Positions 8,939 to 17,259 of a stretch of 64,000 nucleotides of DNA are shown here, one piece after another. The first letter of the stretch is position 1. Every line of letters begins with the position of its first letter. The notes beneath the pieces were generated by a model. The model saw only the letters and a program-made list of their open reading frames with translations, ran no database searches and was not told the origin of the DNA. The DNA comes from a virus, in the IMG/VR virus record IMGVR_UViG_3300013212_000072, positions 1-64,000 of that record, one strand, 5' to 3'. A program made the translations under genes and the position numbers.

Positions 8939-9098
8939 ATATGTAAATATAATCATTATTTGTGATTCCGGAAACTGTTTCTCAAAAAACTTATGAACAA
9001 CAATTGTTAATAACTTTCTGAAAATACTTGCGCAAACAGTTTCCGGAATCACAAATAATGATTATATTTACATATCTAATTAAAACAAAGACACCATT
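8939..9098. promoter_or_regulatory. Divergent early promoter pair forming a perfect 42-bp inverted repeat
   Basis: 8939-8980 is the reverse complement of 9034-9075 (AAACAGTTTCCGGAATCACAAATAATGATTATATTTACATAT). Confidence 0.85.
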
Positions 9099-9530
9099 AT
9101 GACAAATTTAGTAAACATTGCCGGAATCAACACAGTAAACGTATTAGGAGCTTACTCAAATACCAAAGGGAAATTCAGAATAGTTTCCAAATGTAGAGCG
9201 GGTTGGATGACCATAACAGATTGTAGAAGCTATGATAACGAGTATTTCATACAATACCCAGAATCAATAATCACAGCATATAAGAAAGGTGCCTTACAAA
9301 CAGTTGAATTCCAACCAGAGGGATGGGACACCTATTTAACTATATTCGCCCGTAAAGGGAACAAAATCGTCCTAATAGATGAGACTATATTAGGTAACCT
9401 AACAGTAGGTACTATTAATCAACTATATAGAAATACAAACCTTTATAACCAAGCACAGTATACAGCAGTAGGTGCCCGTACTTGGGCTGATAGAGCATAC
9501 GTTCCTTACCAAGTTCCAGTAGTTGCTTAA
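9099..9530 (+). CDS. Early hypothetical protein
   Basis: 143 aa ORF directly behind the early promoter. Confidence 0.75.
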   Translation: MTNLVNIAGINTVNVLGAYSNTKGKFRIVSKCRAGWMTITDCRSYDNEYFIQYPESIITAYKKGALQTVEFQPEGWDTYLTIFARKGNKIVLIDETILGNLTVGTINQLYRNTNLYNQAQYTAVGARTWADRAYVPYQVPVVA

Positions 9531-9559
9531 TATATAAGGTATAACTAAAACACCCTATC

Positions 9560-9700
9560 ATGGATATCGAATTAAAGATTGCTCAACTTAACAAGGAGAT
9601 ACTGGAAACCAAAATGACAGATCCAACAAACTTCCTAAAAATCAGAAAGCTCCAAATGGAACTAGACAAATTATATGCAGATAGGTATAAAACAGATTAG
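9560..9700 (+). CDS. Small coiled-coil hypothetical protein (46 aa, not in the ORF track)
   Basis: MDIELKIAQLNKEILETK...RYKTD*. Confidence 0.5.
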   Translation: MDIELKIAQLNKEILETKMTDPTNFLKIRKLQMELDKLYADRYKTD

Positions 9701-10379
9701 TATATCAGATAGAGTAAATGCTGCTAAGACACAAACCAGTAATAAGACAGATACATCATCTGTTCCTAGCAGTATAAATCCATCTCCAGGAAATTCCAAT
9801 ATAGCCAATCCAGATACTTCTCAACTAGATAGTGCTGGTGCCAATGTTAATCAACAAACACAACAGGGTAATAAGGCAACAAGTGATAGCGTCCGTAAGT
9901 CAAATAACCCAGCCAACCAAAATGTTCAATATGATAAACAAACCCTATCAGCAGAGGACCAGGCACCTACAGCATCTAAAAAAGAAGAGTTATCTAATAC
10001 ACCTCAACCCAAATCCAAAGGGTTTAAAGAATCCCTTATAGATGCACAGATGGCCAATATGATGGGAGATAAAACCGGCGGAAATAAGGGTTCTATAGAT
10101 AGTGATTTCGGGCATAATAATGGTAATCCTAGCGAAAATATTAATGGGGCACCAGAGAGTGAACCTATAAAGAGAACACAAACTCCTCCATATGACCCAT
10201 CGCGTATCGGGGTTAAAGAACCTCAGAAGTTCCCTATAACAAGTTTTGACCGTTCTCCTAATGGTCCCCAGTATACTGCACCAGAACAATACTTAGGTCC
10301 TCAGTATGTGCAAAAGGGAATATCTGCCCCTAAGGTCCGTTTCAACTCTCCGAAAATCAATACTCCCCGATTCAATTAA
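9675..10379 (+). CDS. Low-complexity, probably disordered hypothetical protein
   Basis: 234 aa rich in S/N/Q/P; the start codon is uncertain. Confidence 0.55.
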   Translation: MQIGIKQISISDRVNAAKTQTSNKTDTSSVPSSINPSPGNSNIANPDTSQLDSAGANVNQQTQQGNKATSDSVRKSNNPANQNVQYDKQTLSAEDQAPTASKKEELSNTPQPKSKGFKESLIDAQMANMMGDKTGGNKGSIDSDFGHNNGNPSENINGAPESEPIKRTQTPPYDPSRIGVKEPQKFPITSFDRSPNGPQYTAPEQYLGPQYVQKGISAPKVRFNSPKINTPRFN

Positions 10380-11715
10380 CCCCCAGGAACAATCCCGGGA
10401 TCAATGCCCGGCTCAATGCCTAGAGGCAATATTCAATACAGGATCAATGCCCTCATGGGTTGAATATACCCTACAGACACAATATGCCTATAGGCACTCC
10501 AACGTGTACACCTATGATGCGCCAATCAACAGTTGCAATAGGCAATGCAGGTTGTTGCAGGTCAATGCAGGAGAGGTATCTGCACAAATAGCACCTATAG
10601 AGTCCTACTGATCCAGTGGCCTAGGCCCACCGGTAGGACCCTGTGAACCGAGGAGTTCTGGAGTGCCCCGCGCTCCCCTTCAATACCGGTGCCGATTAGA
10701 CACTACAGGGCCTGCGGGCCGGATCGCAAATAATTAAAAAGCCGGGTCTACGTTTTTTTGTAGGGCTCCAGGGAAGGGGTACATGACTCTCTAACACTCC
10801 TAACTAATATAGACCTTTGATAAATGTGTTTCACATAAGTGGACGAATTATCCCTGGCCGGGAATGGGTCCCCCCAAGCATTGAAGTACCCTCCCAGCCC
10901 AATGGCTCTCCGATGGTCCTCGAATGGTAGCCAATGGTCCATCCCGCCCTCAGAGTACTTCAATGTTGCCCCTACCCAAAAAATTATCCCGTCCGGAAGT
11001 GTCCAAAAATACCAATAAGAACCGATAGAACCGTTACCACCGTTACTAGATACACAGAGAACCTATAATTAACCAATAAGCGGGTTACCAATAAGGGATG
11101 GTTGGCTCAGATTGACCTGAGGGTACTGTGAAAATAAGGAGACCCCATTGAAACTAAAAGGCCCTATGAGGATATAAGAGGTGTCCAAGTCTCGAAGGTG
11201 AAAGGTACGGTGACTCACCCAACTCTCACCCATCTGAGGTACTCCAAACCCTCAAAGGTTCTCTAAGATCCCAAAAAATTCCTATAGAAACAAAAAAGAG
11301 TCCCTCCTATCCCATAAGGTCCCAAAGGGGCGGGGTGGGGGCGTGCTGTAGGGATTTTAAATAAGGAGAGAACTATAACAACATATAGAACTGGATATTT
11401 AAAAACCCCTATAGGGATACCGTCGTTATTAATAAAGGGTACTGGGAGGGACACACATTCTGATACCTCTATAAAGTGACTCAGTGGACTGTGACGGATA
11501 GCGCACAACAATGGGTATTAAGAAGGGCCGCCCAATGGTCCCTCAATGTAACTTTATGTATTTCAAACGGCCTCAACGGGTCAATCGTTCTGGTAGATTT
11601 TTTAGTTTTTTTTGCGATTGAAACCCAAATTTTCCCACGCAATAGGAGGGTGTGCTTGGGCCTGAATTAGAGAAATAAAAATTTTCACTCAACTCAAAGG
11701 TTCTTTAAGTCTACC
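10380..11715. other. GC-rich non-coding block with repeats (right)
   Basis: No credible ORF. Many CAAT(G) units, ACCAATAAG x3, an inverted repeat CATTGAAGTAC/GTACTTCAATG, and a G-run cluster at 11327-11353. Confidence 0.7.
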
Positions 11716-11718
11716 CTG

Positions 11719-11744
11719 AAACAAATTGGAATTACTCAATATAA
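11719..11744 (+). promoter_or_regulatory. Putative middle promoter AAAC-N16-RTATAA (representative copy)
   Basis: Identical spacing at 1896, 11719, 14049, 17229, 19320, 24241, 27230, 29900 and 30655, each directly upstream of a gene. Confidence 0.7.
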
Positions 11745-11762
11745 ATCTAAAATAAATATACT

Positions 11763-11963
11763 ATGTGGAAAACTAAAGAAACTGAAGTTAAAGGCCGTAA
11801 GGTCATATCGATGATTTGTCAGAACTCCGAACCGGAAAAGAGTAAATGGGCAGAATTTGGACCTGAAGATGGACCATGCGAGAACTGGACTGTTGTAAGT
11901 CCTGAAACTACTGCATCACTATGTCCTGAATGTGTGCAACGTTCTGTTAATAATATCAAATAA
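11763..11963 (+). CDS. Small putative Zn-binding protein
   Basis: 66 aa with C..C and CPEC. Confidence 0.6.
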   Translation: MWKTKETEVKGRKVISMICQNSEPEKSKWAEFGPEDGPCENWTVVSPETTASLCPECVQRSVNNIK

Positions 11964-12025
11964 CCCATTCATAACAGGGATCCGCGCATATTATAATATT
12001 ACCATAATAAATTAATCTACACAAT

Positions 12026-13996
12026 ATGACCAAAAAAACAAATACTCCATTCATTGACCAATTCGGAGAGGACTTAACTAAACTAGCAGCGGATGGGAAA
12101 CTTGACCCTATCATCGGCCGAGAAAAAGAGGTCTATAGAATATGCCAAATCCTTTCTCGTAGAAAGAAAAATAATCCAATTATTTTAGGGGATCCTGGCG
12201 TCGGTAAAACTGCCCTAGTTGAAGCAATTGCCCAGCGAATTGTTGAAAAGAAAGTTGCAATGACTCTTCTTAATAAACGCATAATCGCGCTTAATATAGC
12301 AAACGTAGTTGCAGGTACAAAATACCGCGGAGAATTCGAGGAACGAATGAAAAATATTGTTGATGAACTTAAAGAAAACCCAGACGTTATTGTCTTTATT
12401 GATGAGATTCACACGATTGTAGGAGCTGGTGGTGTAAGTGGTTCATTAGATGCAAGTAATATCTTAAAACCTGCATTGGCAAGAGGACAAGTACAATGCA
12501 TTGGTGCTACAACAATCGATGAGTATCGTGAAAATATTGAAACAGATGGAGCCCTTACTCGAAGATTCCAAGAAATCTTTATAGACCCACCATCTCTTGA
12601 AGATGCAATTGAAATATTGGATAGAATCAAACCAAATTACGAAGACTTCCATTCGGTATCTTATACTCCTGATGCTATCAAAGCATGTGTAATGTTATCT
12701 GACCGATATATTACACAAAGAGAATTACCAGACAAAGCAATCGACACCATGGACGAGGCTGGAGCAAAAGTGCATTTAAAAGAGGTAAAAATTCCGGAAA
12801 TTATTAAAGAACTTGAAATTGAAGCCGATAAATTAAAATCCCAAAAATTAAAAGCAGCAGATTCTACTGATTATGAAAAAGCTGGGAAATTAAGAGACCT
12901 TGAAATAAGTAAGCGAGAAGATATATCAAAAAGAACCAAAGAATGGGAGGAGACTCTTAGACTAAATAAAAAAGCAGTAACTTATGAAGATATTGCTGAA
13001 GTAATTTCAGAATCTACAGGAATTCCAGTAACTAGAATGACTGATGACGAGAGCAGAATTGTTATTGATATGGAAAATGAATTAAAAGCCATGATTATCG
13101 GACAGGATACTGCGGTTGAAGGTCTATGTAGAGTTATTAAAAGAAGCCGAACTGGTGTAAGTTCATCTAAAAAACCTATTGGTTCATTTATGTTTATTGG
13201 ACCTACTGGAGTTGGTAAAACTGAAACTGTTAAAGCTCTTTCTGAATATTATTTTGGAAGCGAGGATTCTTTAATTAGAATTGACATGTCTGAATACCAA
13301 GAAAAATTTAATGTAAGTAGACTTATTGGTTCTCCTCCGGGATATGAAGGACATGAGGATGGTGGACAGTTAACAGAACAAGTCCGACGTAAACCGTATT
13401 CGGTAGTATTATTTGATGAGGTTGAAAAAGCACATCCAGATATTTTTAATGTCTTATTGCAGGTTTTGGATGAGGGTCGTTTAACTGATACTCTTGGTAG
13501 AACTATTGACTTTACAAATACTATTATTATTATGACAAGTAATGTTGGGGCAAAGCGAGTTGCAGAATTTGGAGCTGGAATTGGATTCTCAAGTTCAAGT
13601 TCTACTGCTACCCATAAAATGGAAATGGAAACAGTTATTAGAAAGGAACTAAAAAACAAATTTGCTCCAGAATTCTTAAATAGACTAGACGAAATAGTAT
13701 TATTTGACGGGTTAAAACAAGAAGACGTTGCTAAAATTGCAGAAATAGAAATTCAAAAGGTAATTGAAAGAATGGCTGAGCAAGAGTATACTATTAAAAT
13801 TGCAAAAACTGCAGTAGTATTTTTAGCAGAACATGGATATGATGCTCAATATGGTGCCAGACCTCTTAAAAGAGCAATTCAAACTTATGTTGAAGACCTA
13901 TTAGCTGATGGCATATTAGCTAAAGAAATTGTTAAAGGAAATAAAGCCTACACAATATCTCATAAAAAAGGAGATGAGAAACTTTCTGTAAAATAA
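12026..13996 (+). CDS. clpC: ClpC-type AAA+ unfoldase lacking the N-terminal Clp-repeat domain
   Basis: Two AAA modules (GDPGVGKT, GPTGVGKT), AGTKYRGEFEER, a UVR-like M-domain (DYEKAGKLRD) and the ClpP-docking IGF loop (GAGIGF). The protein begins directly at AAA1. Confidence 0.92.
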   Translation: MTKKTNTPFIDQFGEDLTKLAADGKLDPIIGREKEVYRICQILSRRKKNNPIILGDPGVGKTALVEAIAQRIVEKKVAMTLLNKRIIALNIANVVAGTKYRGEFEERMKNIVDELKENPDVIVFIDEIHTIVGAGGVSGSLDASNILKPALARGQVQCIGATTIDEYRENIETDGALTRRFQEIFIDPPSLEDAIEILDRIKPNYEDFHSVSYTPDAIKACVMLSDRYITQRELPDKAIDTMDEAGAKVHLKEVKIPEIIKELEIEADKLKSQKLKAADSTDYEKAGKLRDLEISKREDISKRTKEWEETLRLNKKAVTYEDIAEVISESTGIPVTRMTDDESRIVIDMENELKAMIIGQDTAVEGLCRVIKRSRTGVSSSKKPIGSFMFIGPTGVGKTETVKALSEYYFGSEDSLIRIDMSEYQEKFNVSRLIGSPPGYEGHEDGGQLTEQVRRKPYSVVLFDEVEKAHPDIFNVLLQVLDEGRLTDTLGRTIDFTNTIIIMTSNVGAKRVAEFGAGIGFSSSSSTATHKMEMETVIRKELKNKFAPEFLNRLDEIVLFDGLKQEDVAKIAEIEIQKVIERMAEQEYTIKIAKTAVVFLAEHGYDAQYGARPLKRAIQTYVEDLLADGILAKEIVKGNKAYTISHKKGDEKLSVK

Positions 13997-14100
13997 TCAT
14001 ATAATCTTTTGTAAAGAGAACAAATTACCATATTCTATTTTAATTAAGAAACTTTCACCATGGAACGAATATAAAGTACTAACTATTAATAATAAATAAA

Positions 14101-14952
14101 ATGAATGCCGCAGAAACACTTGTACAAATTATTAAAGATATTAAATTAAATAAATCAGATTCAAATCCAAGAGATTTAAAAGTTAAAGAATTAATGTATG
14201 GTAGTTATACTTTTAATCCTACTATGCCCATTATTAATACAATCTCAAGGCCATTCGATTTCCGCTATTTTGCCGGTGAATTAGCATGGTACCTTTATAA
14301 AGATACCAATATTGATTACATCAATAAATTTTCTGGATTCTGGAAAAACATAACAAATCCTGGAACAAACGAAATTAATTCAAATTACGGTTCTCTTCTT
14401 TTCGGAGAACAATTACAATGGGTAGTCGATTCTCTTAAAGCAGACAAGAACACTAGACAAGCAATTGCTTTCTTAAATCAGCCAAAATACCAGTTTAAAG
14501 GTAATAAAGATTTTGTATGTACTATGTACTTAAACTTTTCAATCAGAAACAATAAGTTAGATATGAAAGTTCAAATGCGTTCTAATGATATATTCTATGG
14601 ACTTACGTTTGATGCCCCTTTCTTTGCATTTGTACATCAACATGTTTATCTTTGGTTAAAGTCAATTTACCCAGAATTAGAACTTGGAGTATACCATCAC
14701 TATTCCGATAACATTCACTTTTACGAAAGACATTTTGAATTAGCTGAAAAAATCGTTATGGAGCCTCTCCATGAGAAACAATACACAATGAAATTAACGG
14801 AACCAATTTTCAATATTGAAAATGGTGCAATGAAATTAACTAAATGCGGAGTTTCGATGATAAATAACATAAATTTTGCAATCAATAATGAATTGCCTAA
14901 AGAAAAGTATATTAACATATTATCTGAATATCTTAATATACAAGAATTATGA
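14101..14952 (+). CDS. Thymidylate-synthase-fold enzyme, Asp-type (dCMP hydroxymethylase/methylase-like)
   Basis: NSNYG, TRQA, catalytic Cys (DFVCT), MRSNDIFYGLTFD and NIHFYERH. Confidence 0.8.
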   Translation: MNAAETLVQIIKDIKLNKSDSNPRDLKVKELMYGSYTFNPTMPIINTISRPFDFRYFAGELAWYLYKDTNIDYINKFSGFWKNITNPGTNEINSNYGSLLFGEQLQWVVDSLKADKNTRQAIAFLNQPKYQFKGNKDFVCTMYLNFSIRNNKLDMKVQMRSNDIFYGLTFDAPFFAFVHQHVYLWLKSIYPELELGVYHHYSDNIHFYERHFELAEKIVMEPLHEKQYTMKLTEPIFNIENGAMKLTKCGVSMINNINFAINNELPKEKYINILSEYLNIQEL

Positions 14953-15254
14953 TTGAGTGTATGAAAACCAGATTAAATATTCCGGAATTCTATATAGATG
15001 GAAAGAATTTTGAATCAATTAAAAATGATTCTGAATTCCACGATAGAATTGTCGATTTTATCGAGATGAATCTTAAAAAAGAATGCGAAGATACTTTACT
15101 CTGTTATTTTGTTTATGAAAATGGAGCTATACAATATGCAGATCTTCCAAAAAGCTCGTACAAACAATCAATATTAAAAAGCTTGGAATTCTATACCTTT
15201 CATGAAAAATATGAAAGATGCGCACAAATTAAAAAACTATTAAAGAAACTATAA
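14949..15254 (+). CDS. UVR-motif small protein 1
   Basis: C-terminal EKYERCAQIKKLL; its stop overlaps the clpP ATG. Confidence 0.65.
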   Translation: MIECMKTRLNIPEFYIDGKNFESIKNDSEFHDRIVDFIEMNLKKECEDTLLCYFVYENGAIQYADLPKSSYKQSILKSLEFYTFHEKYERCAQIKKLLKKL

Positions 15255-15940
15255 TGAATCACGGAAAAGAATTCGAAAGATACGCAATGCTAGACAAGGG
15301 CATAAGTTCAATGAACATGCATTACTATAAAAACCAAATTGAATCTTCAATGACACCTTATATCCTAGAAGAGAGGCAATTGAGAGCTACTCAAATGGAT
15401 ATTTTCTCAAGGTTAATGATGGATAGATTATTATGGGTTGCAGGACCTGTTAATGACAATATGTCTACGATAGTACAAGCTCAATTGATGTTTTTAGATA
15501 GTACCGATGACCGAGATATAACTATGCATATTGATAGTCCTGGAGGTTCTGTAAAATCAGGGCTTTCTATGGTTGATGTTATGGAATGGATTAAATCCGA
15601 TATCAAAACTGTAAATACAGGAATGGCTGCTTCGATGGGTTCAGTATTATTAGGTGCTGGAACTAAAGGCAAGAGAAGTTCATTAAGACACTCGACTACT
15701 ATGTTACACCAATCTTCAGGAGGATTCAGCGGAAATATACAAGATGCTGAAATAGACTGGGCAGAATGGCAAAAAGTAAATAAAGAACTTTTTAATTTAT
15801 TAGGAGCTTATTGTGATAAAAAACCTGAACAAGTAATGGCCGATGCTACTAGAGATTTATGGTTAAGCGCAGAAGAAGCACTTAAATATGGTATAATTGA
15901 CGAGATTATTAATCCTGTTAAATCAAAATCTAGAAAATAA
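15254..15940 (+). CDS. clpP: ATP-dependent Clp protease proteolytic subunit
   Basis: DIFSRLMMDR, IDSPGG, catalytic AASMG, MLHQ and RDLWL. Confidence 0.95.
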   Translation: MNHGKEFERYAMLDKGISSMNMHYYKNQIESSMTPYILEERQLRATQMDIFSRLMMDRLLWVAGPVNDNMSTIVQAQLMFLDSTDDRDITMHIDSPGGSVKSGLSMVDVMEWIKSDIKTVNTGMAASMGSVLLGAGTKGKRSSLRHSTTMLHQSSGGFSGNIQDAEIDWAEWQKVNKELFNLLGAYCDKKPEQVMADATRDLWLSAEEALKYGIIDEIINPVKSKSRK

Positions 15941-16138
15941 ATGAAAATTCATTTTTACATACATGAAGGAGAACTTGAATACTTAGATAAAATAATTAAA
16001 GGAAAATTAGATGCAGAGCTATATCCAATTACAATATCCCCAACCTACTTTAAAGATTCATACTTAATAGATATTTCCTACTCTGATTTTGTAAGATTAA
16101 ACGATAAAAATACATTTATTTCATTAATTTCATTATGA
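15941..16138 (+). CDS. Hypothetical protein
   Basis: 65 aa, coupled in the operon. Confidence 0.6.
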   Translation: MKIHFYIHEGELEYLDKIIKGKLDAELYPITISPTYFKDSYLIDISYSDFVRLNDKNTFISLISL

Positions 16139-16446
16139 CAAACCGAGAAAAACAAAGAGAACTTTTTGTTGAATTGATTAACTATCAACTTAAAGACCAT
16201 GGAGTAACATACGAAGATGTTAAAACCAATCCATCATGGTATATGGATTATAAAACTACTCCAGAGAAAGAAGAGGCATTTATTAAATATTCTGTGGAAA
16301 GAATACGAGAAGTGCTTAAAATATCAAAAGTTGCTGCTGAAAAAGAAGCAAGTTGGTTTATTCTACAGTGGGGATTAACTACTATTAATCCTAGAAAAAC
16401 TACAAGCAAAGTACAAAGTAATGTTAACAAAAGAACTAAGTCTTAG
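16135..16446 (+). CDS. Hypothetical protein
   Basis: 103 aa, coupled in the operon. Confidence 0.65.
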   Translation: MTNREKQRELFVELINYQLKDHGVTYEDVKTNPSWYMDYKTTPEKEEAFIKYSVERIREVLKISKVAAEKEASWFILQWGLTTINPRKTTSKVQSNVNKRTKS

Positions 16447-16507
16447 ATTATAGTAATATAAACAAAAAATACCTATATAATTTAGTATACTTGAGATAGA
16501 TATAGGT

Positions 16508-17209
16508 ATGAATGTCTTTGCACCAAATTGGCTAACAGAGCCGCCTCATGACTATGAGTTAAAATATTACAAGCTACTTGCTGGAATCGATAAAATTAAA
16601 AAAATGATTTCTGCCAATAGCTTGTATTCTGCTATTTTAGAAGTAGAGACCGAACTTGAAAAACTATACAATATTAAATACGGAAAAGACGAAATTGAAA
16701 GCAAAACCAGAATAATTACTGGAATTGATGTTGATACAATGTCTTTAAAATATGAATATCCAGAAGAAATTGATGGCGTCAACTCAATGTATGATGTTTG
16801 TGACACTGCAATTGAAAAACTAGAAGACCTATACCGAATTATTAGAGATAAATGGAGACTAGTTGAATCACAGTGCACTATTACCGAGATTCCAGAGAAA
16901 AAGCACCTCAATACTAAAGGGTACATTTTTTATATCGATATAATAAATCAAAAAATTCACGTCTATTCTTATATAGAACCTTCATCTTTTAAAATAAATT
17001 GGAGTGAGTTTAATTTAAAGAAAGTTGAAGAGCTAGAAAATTCAACCAAAGAGATTTCTGAGTTTATTAAAAAAATAGAATTAGAAAGTACTTCTTACAG
17101 ATTTTTTAGGTTTGATACAAAATTTAAAACTGCGCTACCTCCATATAATGATTGTATGTTACCAATAATGAAGAGCATGTTGTTTAACCGAATCAAACAC
17201 GGCATCTAA
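16508..17209 (+). CDS. Hypothetical protein
   Basis: 233 aa ORF preceded by GATAGATA and a hairpin covering the start codon. Confidence 0.7.
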   Translation: MNVFAPNWLTEPPHDYELKYYKLLAGIDKIKKMISANSLYSAILEVETELEKLYNIKYGKDEIESKTRIITGIDVDTMSLKYEYPEEIDGVNSMYDVCDTAIEKLEDLYRIIRDKWRLVESQCTITEIPEKKHLNTKGYIFYIDIINQKIHVYSYIEPSSFKINWSEFNLKKVEELENSTKEISEFIKKIELESTSYRFFRFDTKFKTALPPYNDCMLPIMKSMLFNRIKHGI

Positions 17210-17259
17210 ATAAATACTAAAAATATATAAACTAATTTTATTTTTATAATATAATTAGT

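Noticed and set aside
8939-9075. Invertible phase-variable promoter
   Set aside because: The core promoters lie inside the inverted repeats, so inversion would not reorient them. No invertase is present in the window.
6649-9098. CRISPR array
   Set aside because: The repeats are about 80-bp promoters, and the intervening DNA consists of whole genes of variable length. No cas genes are present.
10306-11670. ORFs 10306-10611, 10748-10963, 11263-11511 and 11476-11670
   Set aside because: Same reasons as above: non-ATG starts or repeat-derived sequence.
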